This document shows, piece by piece, positions 7,658 through 17,911 of a DNA stretch of 64,000 nucleotides. A program made the translations under genes and the position numbers. The notes below the pieces were generated by a model. It did not search any database. It was given only the letters and a program-made list of their open reading frames with translations, and had not been told where the DNA came from. The DNA lies in IMG/VR virus record IMGVR_UViG_3300034069_002177, positions 138,738-202,737 of that record; one strand, written 5' to 3'. The first letter of the stretch is position 1. Each line of letters starts with the position of its first letter. Source of the stretch: a virus. Taxonomy: Duplodnaviria > Caudoviricetes.

Positions 7658-10420
7658 ATGGCAAACGACGAAGAAGAAAAGAAGAAGAGCCTTGCGAGAG
7701 GCTTCATCGACTACGTAATCAAGAGCAACGAAGAATCATTAGGGCATGGTCCTTATGGTGCCGAGTCCGACAGTCACGTTGACGCGAAACCGTATGTCGA
7801 GTATTACCAGAATGGCATCTTCGAGGGCTATGACGGTTCTATCTGGAAGTATTACAAGTTCCCCGCTGACGTTCAGACGGAGTGGCTGAAGAACCCAGAG
7901 AACATCATCTACAACCAGAAGTTCTTCACTCAGGCAATCACGGAGTTCGGTACGTTCTTGAATGCTCAGTTGGAAAAGACCCGTAATGACATCCGGCGTC
8001 CCTTCCACATCCAAATCACGCAATCCGAGTCAACTGGAATTCGTATCCCCAGTGAGCAGGATGACCGTGAGGGCAAGGTAACCCAGAAGACTCGCGATTA
8101 CCTCAAGCGTATGACGGACGGATACACCCGACCAATCTGGCATCAGTACATGGGAGTTCGCCTTATCCCCGGAACCTTGTTCGGTGACGCATTCGGCATT
8201 ACCGAAAAGGTCCGTCGATACATCGAAATTATGACCAATCCAGGTGAGATCGACCTCGCTTCTATGAGCCGTGACCTTCATGATGTGGACAACATTATGT
8301 ATGGTGCTGGTTTTAGCGAACTGGACTTCATCGCAAACCCCGAAGACTTCGAGCAGCTTACCGCTTGGTATGGCGTCTCGGACTCTCAGTTCAACCTTTC
8401 TCGCTCGCTACAGACGACGCGTATGAAAGAACCTCTGTCAGGTATGTCTGTCATTACTCCCAAGTACCAAGAAATCCAGCTATTTGCGTTGAAGCCCCGC
8501 GAAGGTGTCAACTTGAAGGATCCCCTAGATCCCGATGCAGCATGGGCTAAGCCTTTATACCGACCGACTTCTGAAGTTGTCATGATCAGTATTCGCGGTC
8601 AGATTCGTGCCCCGAAGATTGCTGAGAACCTTCTTGAACTGAAAAACATTCGCAAAAATGAAGCCGGTCGTAAGCTTGGTGACACGTCACGACACGAGGT
8701 TGCAGGAATGATTTCTGACCTTGATGCCATCGAGAGGGCTCGATACGTCATCAATGAATACAAGCTTCCAATGCTCGATAACCTCGAAATTGTTATGGCT
8801 GCTAAGGTTAAGGGCGACGGCATTACGAACCAATTGTTCAATAGCCTAAAGAGCTATGACATGGAGGCTAATCTCCTCGTTGGTCGTCAGCCATTGGGTA
8901 TTATGGCGTCACTTCCGACATATCCTCGTCAGACTCTGCGTGTTCCTCGTGGCAACACTAAGCGTCCAGAACTTTCCAACGTCATGCTTCCAGGAATGCT
9001 CGCTATGAGCGGACTTTTCCGCAGCACCAAGCCTTGTGCCAACTTTGGTATTCTTGTGGGACTTGCAACTGCTGGGCACTCGTATGAGGAAATCATGACC
9101 GAGGTTGATGGCGCAGCTAAAAATAACCGCGTTCCTGGTATGCTCATCACTGGTCGTCCTGGTGCCGGTAAGACGCAGCAGCTTCTCCAAATGTCAATTC
9201 AAATTGCCAACATGGGTCTCCCTGTTGCCTTCTTCAACCCGAAGAAGGAGAGTACGTTGAAGCCGACATTTGATCACATTCACGGAATCACGATTTCGAT
9301 GGAAACCGCTTATCTTGACCAGAACCCCGGTCTTCTTGACCCGGTATTCTTCCTTAAGAACCGTGGTGACGTTGCTGACCTCGTTTCCGATGCCATTCTT
9401 ACGGCTAACCGCATGTATGAAGACCGTGGAGCTTCCGCTTCTCAGCGTCGTACCAAGGTTTCATCTGAAATTCGTGACCGTGCTCTCGACAAGAGAAACA
9501 GAACAACTTTCGACATTTTGTTCGGAAATAAGGCTGTAGGAACCACGGCGATTACTGACACTGACATTCTCGACTTCGTTCGCAGCAAGATCAGCATTAG
9601 TGCGTTCTGGAAGGCATTCATTGCTCCTACCGCAACAAGCTCGGAATTGCAAAAGCAGATTACCAGTGGTCGCTCATTCCTTATGGAATGGGGTAGCTCA
9701 ATGAAGCTTCCTGACGCGTCCAAGGTTCCCAACGACTACACAGACCCCGAGATTGACACCGTTCTTTCTATCAACGTTACATTCAAGTACGCCGCCGAGG
9801 TTGTTGGAGGCGGTCAGGGTGGCGCGATTGTGGTTGACGAGTCGTGGGTATTGAAGCAGTCTCGTGAAGCTATGGCTATCCTCACCAAGGGTGGTCGTGA
9901 ATGGCGTCAGGCTAACATCATGCTTATTATGGGTACACAGCGAATCATTGACTGGATCGATGCTCGGTCTGAGAAATCAAGCGGCAGTGGTGGAGGCGCA
10001 AGCAACATGTCTTCATATTTCGACCGTTACCTCTTCATGGCTATCAACGAAGCTGACGAGAACGAATTGTCGGCGTACTTCGAGTTGACGGGTCTTCCCG
10101 ACACCGATGCGAACCGACGCTGGATTATCGAAGCTGGTCCTCGTAAGGATGGAAAACTTCCTAACGGTTACTACATCGACAACATTTACAACTGGGCTGG
10201 CGGACTCGTTTGTGGACCCTGGCCGCAATATGAACTCGACTTGGGTCGTACTGACAAGGAGGGTCTTGCCATGAAACAAAGAGGCGCGGCTACAAAGGCT
10301 CAACAGTCTTTCGCCAAGGCAGCGTCTTCGGGCGGTTATGGCGGCGCTTTACTTGATGTTATGAGCAATGACAACGATTTGGTTTCTGAGTTCGAAGAAA
10401 AAGAAGACGTAAACGCGTGA
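7658..10420 (+). CDS. VirB4/TcpF-like conjugation ATPase
   Basis: Walker A GRPGAGKT, Walker B IVVDESW, then GGREWRQANIMLIMGTQ. 920 aa, in transfer-gene context. Confidence 0.8.
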   Translation: MANDEEEKKKSLARGFIDYVIKSNEESLGHGPYGAESDSHVDAKPYVEYYQNGIFEGYDGSIWKYYKFPADVQTEWLKNPENIIYNQKFFTQAITEFGTFLNAQLEKTRNDIRRPFHIQITQSESTGIRIPSEQDDREGKVTQKTRDYLKRMTDGYTRPIWHQYMGVRLIPGTLFGDAFGITEKVRRYIEIMTNPGEIDLASMSRDLHDVDNIMYGAGFSELDFIANPEDFEQLTAWYGVSDSQFNLSRSLQTTRMKEPLSGMSVITPKYQEIQLFALKPREGVNLKDPLDPDAAWAKPLYRPTSEVVMISIRGQIRAPKIAENLLELKNIRKNEAGRKLGDTSRHEVAGMISDLDAIERARYVINEYKLPMLDNLEIVMAAKVKGDGITNQLFNSLKSYDMEANLLVGRQPLGIMASLPTYPRQTLRVPRGNTKRPELSNVMLPGMLAMSGLFRSTKPCANFGILVGLATAGHSYEEIMTEVDGAAKNNRVPGMLITGRPGAGKTQQLLQMSIQIANMGLPVAFFNPKKESTLKPTFDHIHGITISMETAYLDQNPGLLDPVFFLKNRGDVADLVSDAILTANRMYEDRGASASQRRTKVSSEIRDRALDKRNRTTFDILFGNKAVGTTAITDTDILDFVRSKISISAFWKAFIAPTATSSELQKQITSGRSFLMEWGSSMKLPDASKVPNDYTDPEIDTVLSINVTFKYAAEVVGGGQGGAIVVDESWVLKQSREAMAILTKGGREWRQANIMLIMGTQRIIDWIDARSEKSSGSGGGASNMSSYFDRYLFMAINEADENELSAYFELTGLPDTDANRRWIIEAGPRKDGKLPNGYYIDNIYNWAGGLVCGPWPQYELDLGRTDKEGLAMKQRGAATKAQQSFAKAASSGGYGGALLDVMSNDNDLVSEFEEKEDVNA

Positions 10421-10506
10421 TAGGTTTACGCCCAAAATGTCTTAGAGGGGTCAAGCGTTTGCTAAGCTTCCGAAAGATGAACGAGAGAATTGGCTAGGTA
10501 AGGGTA

Positions 10507-12774
10507 GTGGCAAAGAAAGTAGCCTTTGTTGGATTTGGGGCAGTACAAGGTACTGACGCCCAGAGAGTGGCGAATGCATTAGGTGTTGAACCTGTTCAGC
10601 AGCTTGGATTCTTCGACTCAATCAACGATGCTGCACAATTCGTTGTAACCAAGGTGGACGGTAAAGTTACCGCCATCACTGGTTCCGAAGTGTATGTATC
10701 GGCTGAAGCTAGCGATGACACCATCTCTAAAGCACGACGTATTCGTTCTGTCGGAGTTGCTGTAAATTTGGACTGGGAGCCATTCAAGAATTCTCCTTAC
10801 TCCGAGAACGCATTGCGTTCATGGATTGATGATGGCGAATGGTCTGATGATTCTGCCAATGTAGACGCTAACACGCAGTTCGTCATGCCTTCGTACGTTG
10901 ATGATTCCGAAGAGCCAGAAAGTTACGTAGATACTCAGTATGCTCCGGTACCTGCTTCGGTTCCCCAAGCAGACCAGAATTACGGTTACGATACCAACGG
11001 CGAAGGTGCTTATGCCGAGCAGGCTGCACCTCAGTTCGAGGCACCTTCTGATGTCGCACCTCTCCCAATCATTCCTGTAGATCAGGGTGGATACACCTCT
11101 CCTGATTATTCACAGGACGGTTATGTTCAGGATGGATATGCCAATCAGAACGAAGAGCCGCAGTTTGACGCTGGAAACTATGTACCTGACTACGCAACCA
11201 ATGAAGTTGCTGCTCCTGATGCTCCCGTTTACGAAGAAGTGCCTATTTTCGATGGTGGGGTTCCTACCCCGGCTGAGGAACCGCGTTATGAACTAGAGGA
11301 TTCGCAGGAGCAAAGTGCCGCACCTGTTCCTATGGCGAGCTTCCTTACTGCTGGTCCGATTCCGGTACAGGAAGAAACGCCATATGAGTCTAATGACGGC
11401 TACTCCAATGACGGCTATGCTCAGCAGCCGGTTCCAGAATACAATCCTGGCAATGAGTACGCTTCGCAGGATTATGCTCAGCAAGAAACTCCTGACTACA
11501 ATCAGTACACTGCTGTCCCTGAAGAGCCCAGCTATGACGCTCCGCAGTATGGTAATGACGGTTATGCTGATGCTAACTCCTATCCTCAGGAGCCTCAGGA
11601 ATACGTTGACTACAATCAACTTCCAGAGCCTTCCTACGAACAGCAGCAGGAACCTCAAAGCTACACCACTCCTGAGCCGACTCCTGTGCCTCAGTACGTA
11701 CCGGAAGAGCGACCCGCATCTGCTCCTTCTGTAGGTGGATACACAGCGCCCACTCCTGGCTCGTCATTCATCCAGCAGTCTCCTACGCCAGCGCCGCCTA
11801 CTTCTCAGTACCAGCGTGAGCGTTCGATGTTTGATCAGGTTCCTGCTGGGGCAAACAATGACTTCGAAAGCCGCACTGGCGGAAAGATTGTCTACGTCAC
11901 CGGCTCGCACGGTGGTGCAGGTAAGACGACCACGGCTTGGACTTTGGCTTCGCTTGTTGCCGTTTCCATGAAGAAAGCTGGCAACGAAGACATCTCGGTA
12001 TGGCTCATCGAGTCTGATTACCGTAACTCGAAGCTCGCGCAGCGTCACAACATCGACCCCAACCGTACTTCCGGGCACCTCGCGTCGATGCTTGAATGGT
12101 TGAACGACCAGTCCGGTATCGTTGATGATCTTCCTGCGAAAAAGGCTCACGCTATTGCTCAGTCCACTCACCGCTTGGAAAATGGACTGAACATCATTGC
12201 CTGTCCTTACGACACAACGAAGCGTGATACCAAGTACATTCAGCAGGCTGTTTTCCAGGCTGCTCAGTACGCAAAGATGCAGGGTGGAATCGTCTTCATC
12301 GACGCCGACACCATCAGCAACGATGACATCATGGATTCTAAGCTTGCTAAGGCTGCCGACCGAGTTGTCATCGTCTCTGACGCTGGTACCGAGCACATTG
12401 ACGACCTCAAGAGGGCTGCACGCATTCTCACTACGCCCGTTATCAACGGCGGTCTTGGCGTATCGATGCCTGCAATTACTGTTCTTCTGAACAAGACCGG
12501 TCCTACCGAGTTCAAAAACGTCGAAGACAGTGGAATTTTGGCACCTTTGGCGCTAGGTGGATACCTACCGTTCATCCCAGAATGGGCAACTGGCTGGGTT
12601 GGTTCTTTGACAAATACTGAGACCTTCCAGAATGCTGTTGTTCTGTTCGCTCGCTTCTTCAATGGAATTGTTCCTTTGCAGGAACTCCACCAATGGCAGA
12701 ACTACCGCGCTACTGGAACCAGCAAGAAGGGCGGCGGAGGTTGGATTCGTCGCATCTTCTCTGGAAGAAAGTGA
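10507..12774 (+). CDS. ParA/MinD/CpaE-family ATPase with a long Tyr/Pro/Gln/Glu-rich linker
   Basis: Deviant Walker A GSHGGAGKTT, WLIESD, VFIDAD, ADRVVIV, VLLNK. Extended -10 TGC-TAAGCT at 10460-10468. Confidence 0.75.
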   Translation: MAKKVAFVGFGAVQGTDAQRVANALGVEPVQQLGFFDSINDAAQFVVTKVDGKVTAITGSEVYVSAEASDDTISKARRIRSVGVAVNLDWEPFKNSPYSENALRSWIDDGEWSDDSANVDANTQFVMPSYVDDSEEPESYVDTQYAPVPASVPQADQNYGYDTNGEGAYAEQAAPQFEAPSDVAPLPIIPVDQGGYTSPDYSQDGYVQDGYANQNEEPQFDAGNYVPDYATNEVAAPDAPVYEEVPIFDGGVPTPAEEPRYELEDSQEQSAAPVPMASFLTAGPIPVQEETPYESNDGYSNDGYAQQPVPEYNPGNEYASQDYAQQETPDYNQYTAVPEEPSYDAPQYGNDGYADANSYPQEPQEYVDYNQLPEPSYEQQQEPQSYTTPEPTPVPQYVPEERPASAPSVGGYTAPTPGSSFIQQSPTPAPPTSQYQRERSMFDQVPAGANNDFESRTGGKIVYVTGSHGGAGKTTTAWTLASLVAVSMKKAGNEDISVWLIESDYRNSKLAQRHNIDPNRTSGHLASMLEWLNDQSGIVDDLPAKKAHAIAQSTHRLENGLNIIACPYDTTKRDTKYIQQAVFQAAQYAKMQGGIVFIDADTISNDDIMDSKLAKAADRVVIVSDAGTEHIDDLKRAARILTTPVINGGLGVSMPAITVLLNKTGPTEFKNVEDSGILAPLALGGYLPFIPEWATGWVGSLTNTETFQNAVVLFARFFNGIVPLQELHQWQNYRATGTSKKGGGGWIRRIFSGRK

Positions 12775-12874
12775 AAATAATTTCACGAGTTTCTCGATAA
12801 TGAGATTCTAACCTGTGAATTTGCCTATAATTATGAATAGTCGTCCTATTGGTCTATTGAAAGGTGTATGACTC

Positions 12875-13210
12875 ATGTCAAATCTACTCGCTGCCGCTAA
12901 TTCTAGCGTAACCTCGTTTGCTGCTACGATCCCCACGTTCACGTGGACCCCTCCCCAGGGTCTCGTTGACGCATGTACAAAGGTTGGCTTCGTGCTTGCT
13001 GTTATTTGGGTGTTGTTCATCCTGTTCCAGTTCGCACTTCCTTCCAAGCAGGGTGGTGGACGTAAGCTTAGCCGTATCGGTGTCATGGGATTCTTGGGTG
13101 CTGGCGCACTCATCCTCTTGCTCTTCAACATTGCTTCTCTGCCAGCAATCATTAACTGGATCATCCAGGTAATCAACTACATCGCTGGTCTGTTCTCTAC
13201 TATTAAGTAA
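12875..13210 (+). CDS. Small two-TM protein, pilin/VirB2/TcpD-like
   Basis: 111 aa with two hydrophobic helices separated by a basic loop. Upstream TATAAT (12826-12831), downstream hairpin, TcpE-like neighbour. Confidence 0.55.
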   Translation: MSNLLAAANSSVTSFAATIPTFTWTPPQGLVDACTKVGFVLAVIWVLFILFQFALPSKQGGGRKLSRIGVMGFLGAGALILLLFNIASLPAIINWIIQVINYIAGLFSTIK

Positions 13211-13243
13211 GCCCTACCCAATTCGCCAATAGTAGAACGAACG

Positions 13244-13282
13244 GAAGGCGGCAATCGGTCAATTCGGCTGGTTGCCGCCTTC
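13244..13282 (+). terminator. Stem-loop after the pilin-like gene
   Basis: GAAGGCGGCAA...TTGCCGCCTTC: 11 Watson-Crick pairs extended by G-U pairs. Confidence 0.65.
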
Positions 13283-13322
13283 TGGTGTTCTACAATGAAC
13301 CAATCACGAGACGAAAGACACA

Positions 13323-13949
13323 ATGGCATCATCATCTTCAACTCCAGAGTCTAGAGCACTCGCAAATGGCGTAATGAGTCTCAACTCTGTATTCGTTGTA
13401 CGCAACAAGAAAAGACGACTCTTCAAACGCTCTACCATCCGGCTCTCGCTTGCTGAAATGGTATGGATTGCCATTTCCACGCTCGGTCTCGGACTCATCA
13501 TCTTCGGTGTTATTCGGGGTGTATCGGGCATCCCTGGTCTTCGATCCGTCATCTCGTATTATCTGATGATCCTTGCACCTATCGGTGGTTTCATTATCGG
13601 TCGTCAAATTGCTCGCACAAGTCCCTACCGGCGATACAGCGGTGAGGGTCTCAACGAATACCTTTGGGTACAGCGTGACAAGATTGGTAAAGAAGTTGGG
13701 CGTGTATTCGGTCGAGGCGTCTCTATCACTCGATCAATGGCAACAGTTGACGGTAGAAAAATTCCCGTGAACTGTGTAGAGTGGCTCGGTACCTCCCGAG
13801 CGACATCTATGCCAAGACCCGTAAACAAGTTTTATTCGCCTTCTAGGAACGAGAAGGCTGACTTCGTGTACCTTAGTCTAGTACCGCGCACCGAGGCAAC
13901 AAATTGGTCTAAGCGTTACCAGCAAAAGCGCGCAAGAAACTGGGAGTGA
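13323..13949 (+). CDS. TcpE/VirB3-like conjugation membrane protein
   Basis: N-terminal SLNSVF..RLF..IRLSL, two TM helices and a basic C-terminus; position between pilin-like and VirB6-like genes. Confidence 0.55.
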   Translation: MASSSSTPESRALANGVMSLNSVFVVRNKKRRLFKRSTIRLSLAEMVWIAISTLGLGLIIFGVIRGVSGIPGLRSVISYYLMILAPIGGFIIGRQIARTSPYRRYSGEGLNEYLWVQRDKIGKEVGRVFGRGVSITRSMATVDGRKIPVNCVEWLGTSRATSMPRPVNKFYSPSRNEKADFVYLSLVPRTEATNWSKRYQQKRARNWE

Positions 13950-13952
13950 TTC

Positions 13953-16900
13953 GTGATTCGTAAGGTCTTAAGCGGAATCAGGCGTCACCGTCTTTTCGTT
14001 TACATGTTCGTGGCAGTAGCCGTTTTGGGTGTTGCCGTATCCGCCAGTCTTACCAGCGATCCCAGTCAATCAATGGCTGTCAACACGCCTGCGACAGTAA
14101 CTTCCGTGAACCATGTTGCCGCTGACTACTACCACAACTCGGTTGCTAATGCTGTTCAAAATGTGCAAGAAACTAGTGCATCCAGCTACAAGCAAGCGGC
14201 GGCATCTGATGGTCAATACAGCAGCGTACCGGCTCTTAAATCTCACCTACAGGGCGCAAACGCAACCAAATTGGACTCGCTCAATTACTTTGCGTTTTCT
14301 CGGTGGGCTACCGTCACGTTACTACCTGTTCCAGCCGTAGGTTTTGCCAATATCGGCTCACTAGTAGTCGCAGCATTTGTCTCTTTGGCTAATCTACTTT
14401 TCACTATCGGAGCTATCGTTCTCCTTGGTGTAGGTCTTTTGATGCTTCTGATTACCAGCATCAATCTTCTTACGGCATTTTTGCCTACCATCGACTGGTT
14501 CTTTGCTCAACTGGGAGGTCAGTGGCTTACCAACCCTAGCGGCGGTGGCGGAACCGGAACCATAGCCAGCAGCTTCCAGGGCGCTTCTCCATTTTTCATT
14601 GCCATATTCCTGATGGTCATTGCCGTCGCAATTCGGCTATCTCCATTAGCTAATAAGGACAGATCTCTTTTAGGTGACATCGTTATCTCTGCTGTAGCAA
14701 TTGCCGCACTCATGACGATTTCTACCGCATCTACAAAAGACTGGAACAACTCAAACAGCAATAAGGTAGACGCTATCAATGGGAATACAGGCTCCTCCAT
14801 CCCACTAGGATCCAATGTCGCCGCCTCACTTTCTGTCGATGGCGGAGATCCGTCTAATTATCAAAAAGCGTCCTTCGGCTGGTTCCTGGCTAATGGAAGC
14901 GATATTGTCGATGGCGCAGTCAACTTCGCTGGTGGTCTTATTACTTCCATTACCTCCGGTTTGGGCGCTATCTCCAATAGCGGCACTACCACCGCGCCTG
15001 CTGGTTCAAGCTGCTACAACTACCTCAACACTGGTATGCATGGCATCGCTTCAGATGTGCTTGAAAACAAAAAGGGTATTGCGTTCATTGGAAAGACCAG
15101 CACTCAATCGATTCTCTCCTTTGATAGCCTCGTTTACACCGTACTTTATCGACCAGCCGCTGAGGCTTCTTACGGAGCGAATGCCTCCGGCGATGCTACA
15201 TGGTGTCGTATGTGGGAATCTGCTCGTGGGTCGGACCCGGTAGATCAAGCTTATATCGCTCGAACTGCAAATATGTACTCAGACGCATTGAGTAACAATA
15301 CTGATGCCAAAGACGGCGGAGATGGCATTCTAAAGGTAGACGGCGGTTGGGCAGATTCTGACGGTGGAAACAATGCCGTGAATGGTCATGCCAAGCTCGC
15401 GGGATTCTTTGGAAACACCCTTTCTACGTCTAAGGGTACGACAGCGTTTAAGTTCTACTGGGCTGCATGTTCGTTTGAAGGCAATGGACGGGTAAAGGTT
15501 TCTTCCGCATTCACTAATGCCCTTGGTACAGCCAAGAAAGATGACGATTCACCAGATGGTAGCAAGGGCGACAAGCTGAGTGATGGTGACTGCCAAACTG
15601 TGCTTCAAACTGCGGATAGCAGCAGCGGCTACATTTTCGGTGCCAAAAACAAAGATAACGACTCCATGAAAAATCTGAGCCCCTTCGCTTGGACTCAGGA
15701 CGACAAATTGTTCACATTGTTCTTTATTGGATTCTCTGTTCCGGCAGATACCAGCACAGAACTCGCAAATGCTGACATGAATGGCTCGGAAGCCATCAAC
15801 TTCTTCAAGATGGTCTACGGTTCAAGCGCAGGAAACGTTTGGCCAGCCGCCATCGTTGCTGTTGTGGGTACCATTATGATGTCTATTGGTCTTCTTCCGA
15901 TGCAGGTTGGTGCATTGATCTTGCAGATGATTTCTGTTCTTTCTCTTATCGCCTTCCCCATTGTTCTGTTGGTGATGATTGTTCCTATCAGAGCGGGAAG
16001 AAAAGCATTCTTTACGATTCTCAAGCTATTCATTTCATCCAAGCTCGTACAGCTAATCTTCGTAACCTTCATCGCTATTGCTATCGCGATCATCAACCTT
16101 TTGACGATTGCGTTCGGTACCGTTCTCAATGTATCTCTCATCGGAGGAAACGCATTTACGGGAGATGGCACGCCACTCGGAACCTTCATTAAGGCTATTT
16201 TGAACGCAGTCGCCATCGGAATCGCTTTCTACGGAACCAAGAAGCTGCTTAGAGATGTCTTTAAGGCTGATGTCACGACCATCAAGGGTGCTATGTCCGT
16301 TGGTCAGAACATGGCTAGTACCGCCGTCAACGGTGGAGGCTTGCGCGAGATGGGTCTTGGGCAACTTAAGTCGCCAGTACGTGGTGGTGCCGCTGGTACG
16401 GGTGGTTTCGGAAATGCTAACCTTCCTGAAGGATTGGGCAAGAACACTGGTGCTGACAACGAGCCGCGTCAGCCTGAAATGCCCAAGCGTCAGGACGAAA
16501 AGCAGGCTCCTGAAGATCCCAAGCAGAAGCCCAATGAAACCGCAGAGGGTGCTGCTGGCTTGGCAGGTGGCATCGCTGGTGTTGCTGGTGGTGCATCAGG
16601 CGGAGCAGGAGGTAGTGCGCTTGGTGATGTCGCTGGTGGCGCAGTGGCTGGCGGGTTTGCAGGCGGCGCTCCTGGCGCTCTCGCGGGCGGTTCTATCGAG
16701 GTTCCTGCCGCCGCATCGAAGTCGATTCAAGGCACCGTTGGTGATGGCATGAAGAACGCTCCTACCGAGGGTCCGAATTCCAGAAACCCTGAAGCTCCCG
16801 TACCTAACGATCAGATGCTCACGGAAGAACAGCGTAAGGAAGCTGCCGAGAAGACTGAGGGTATCCGTAGCGTTTCTGGTATCAAATCCGAGGATGTGTC

Positions 16901-17846
16901 CAACGAGATTGGTAACCGCTCACGCAACACTGCTGCTCTCGAAAGTCAGTTGGATGATGGTGAACTCAACGGTGACGAAGAGCAGGTCCGTGATGCAGTC
17001 AACAAGCTTGGTGGAAGTTCTCACCTTGAAGGTTCGGCTGAGGAAGCCAAGGATTCGCCTGCTATTGAAGCAAGCCGTCGTGATTACTTCGATAACAACG
17101 TGGACAATGAAGAACGTCCCGTTGATCGTGGTGAGAAGGCTGGTGAAGGTAACGTTCATGCTGCAACTCTCGAACGTATTGCTCGGGCTACCGAAGAGCA
17201 GAACGAACGTGATGACAACACCGTTACGCCTGAGGGTTCCGTGCAGGTTGTTCCTGGTGAAGAGGATGGTCAGAATGCTCGCGACCAAGAAGTCCAAGGC
17301 AACAACATTCCCGGACTCGAAAGTACCGACGATGGTCGTGGCAACTCGCAACGCGGCGGTCAGCAGAACAATCAGCAGACCATTATTGCCGGGGCAGAGA
17401 GCGTACAGCCCACTGACACCAATGCAAACAACATTGGTCAGGTGGACAATAACGCCGCTCGTGCTGACAACTACAAGGCTGCAATTGGCTCCGAGTTCGA
17501 AGCTCCCGGAATGGCAGAAGATTCTTCTACCGCCAACTCTGGTAGCGCTGGACTTGGTAGTGAAGGTCTGAACCGCAGGCTGGACAGCCTTCCTGGTGAA
17601 ATTAGCCGTTCCATGCAAAACGTCATGGAGCCCGCCTTCGACCGATTCGATGCACTTGGTCGAACGGTACGCGAGTCGGCTGAGGTTCAAGAGGATGCGC
17701 TTCAGCGCAATACCGAGTCGAACGAACGTATCTCCGAGGCTCAGATTGCAAGCATGGAGAATCTTCAGCAGACAATTGCTAATTGGTTCCCTGACAGGGG
17801 TTCAGATAACAGCCCGAATAACAGCGCTGGTCCTACCTGGCGTTAG
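13953..17846 (+). CDS. VirB6/TcpH-like polytopic conjugation membrane protein with long disordered C-tail
   Basis: 1297 aa; several TM clusters around a large extracytoplasmic domain; Gly/Ala- and Glu/Asn-rich tail of about 500 aa. Confidence 0.65.
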   Translation: MIRKVLSGIRRHRLFVYMFVAVAVLGVAVSASLTSDPSQSMAVNTPATVTSVNHVAADYYHNSVANAVQNVQETSASSYKQAAASDGQYSSVPALKSHLQGANATKLDSLNYFAFSRWATVTLLPVPAVGFANIGSLVVAAFVSLANLLFTIGAIVLLGVGLLMLLITSINLLTAFLPTIDWFFAQLGGQWLTNPSGGGGTGTIASSFQGASPFFIAIFLMVIAVAIRLSPLANKDRSLLGDIVISAVAIAALMTISTASTKDWNNSNSNKVDAINGNTGSSIPLGSNVAASLSVDGGDPSNYQKASFGWFLANGSDIVDGAVNFAGGLITSITSGLGAISNSGTTTAPAGSSCYNYLNTGMHGIASDVLENKKGIAFIGKTSTQSILSFDSLVYTVLYRPAAEASYGANASGDATWCRMWESARGSDPVDQAYIARTANMYSDALSNNTDAKDGGDGILKVDGGWADSDGGNNAVNGHAKLAGFFGNTLSTSKGTTAFKFYWAACSFEGNGRVKVSSAFTNALGTAKKDDDSPDGSKGDKLSDGDCQTVLQTADSSSGYIFGAKNKDNDSMKNLSPFAWTQDDKLFTLFFIGFSVPADTSTELANADMNGSEAINFFKMVYGSSAGNVWPAAIVAVVGTIMMSIGLLPMQVGALILQMISVLSLIAFPIVLLVMIVPIRAGRKAFFTILKLFISSKLVQLIFVTFIAIAIAIINLLTIAFGTVLNVSLIGGNAFTGDGTPLGTFIKAILNAVAIGIAFYGTKKLLRDVFKADVTTIKGAMSVGQNMASTAVNGGGLREMGLGQLKSPVRGGAAGTGGFGNANLPEGLGKNTGADNEPRQPEMPKRQDEKQAPEDPKQKPNETAEGAAGLAGGIAGVAGGASGGAGGSALGDVAGGAVAGGFAGGAPGALAGGSIEVPAAASKSIQGTVGDGMKNAPTEGPNSRNPEAPVPNDQMLTEEQRKEAAEKTEGIRSVSGIKSEDVSNEIGNRSRNTAALESQLDDGELNGDEEQVRDAVNKLGGSSHLEGSAEEAKDSPAIEASRRDYFDNNVDNEERPVDRGEKAGEGNVHAATLERIARATEEQNERDDNTVTPEGSVQVVPGEEDGQNARDQEVQGNNIPGLESTDDGRGNSQRGGQQNNQQTIIAGAESVQPTDTNANNIGQVDNNAARADNYKAAIGSEFEAPGMAEDSSTANSGSAGLGSEGLNRRLDSLPGEISRSMQNVMEPAFDRFDALGRTVRESAEVQEDALQRNTESNERISEAQIASMENLQQTIANWFPDRGSDNSPNNSAGPTWR

Positions 17847-17854
17847 TAAGTCGG

Positions 17855-17883
17855 TTGCAAGTTCTCCTTCGTTGGTGTACCAT
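17855..17883 (+). promoter_or_regulatory. dnaX promoter nested in an inverted repeat
   Basis: TTGCAA(17855-17860)-17 bp-TACCAT(17878-17883). Confidence 0.55.
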
Positions 17884-17911
17884 CAGGTCGCAACGAAGGA
17901 GAACTTGCTTT
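17857..17911 (+). terminator. 18-bp perfect hairpin ending the transfer operon and covering the dnaX RBS
   Basis: GCAAGTTCTCCTTCGTTG(17857-17874), 16-nt loop, CAACGAAGGAGAACTTGC(17891-17908), then TTT. The right arm contains AAGGAG. Confidence 0.75.

Noticed and set aside
12771-12786. GTGA-N8-TCAC as a CRP/GlxR site
   Set aside because: The spacer is 8 bp rather than the required 6; kept only as a generic palindrome.
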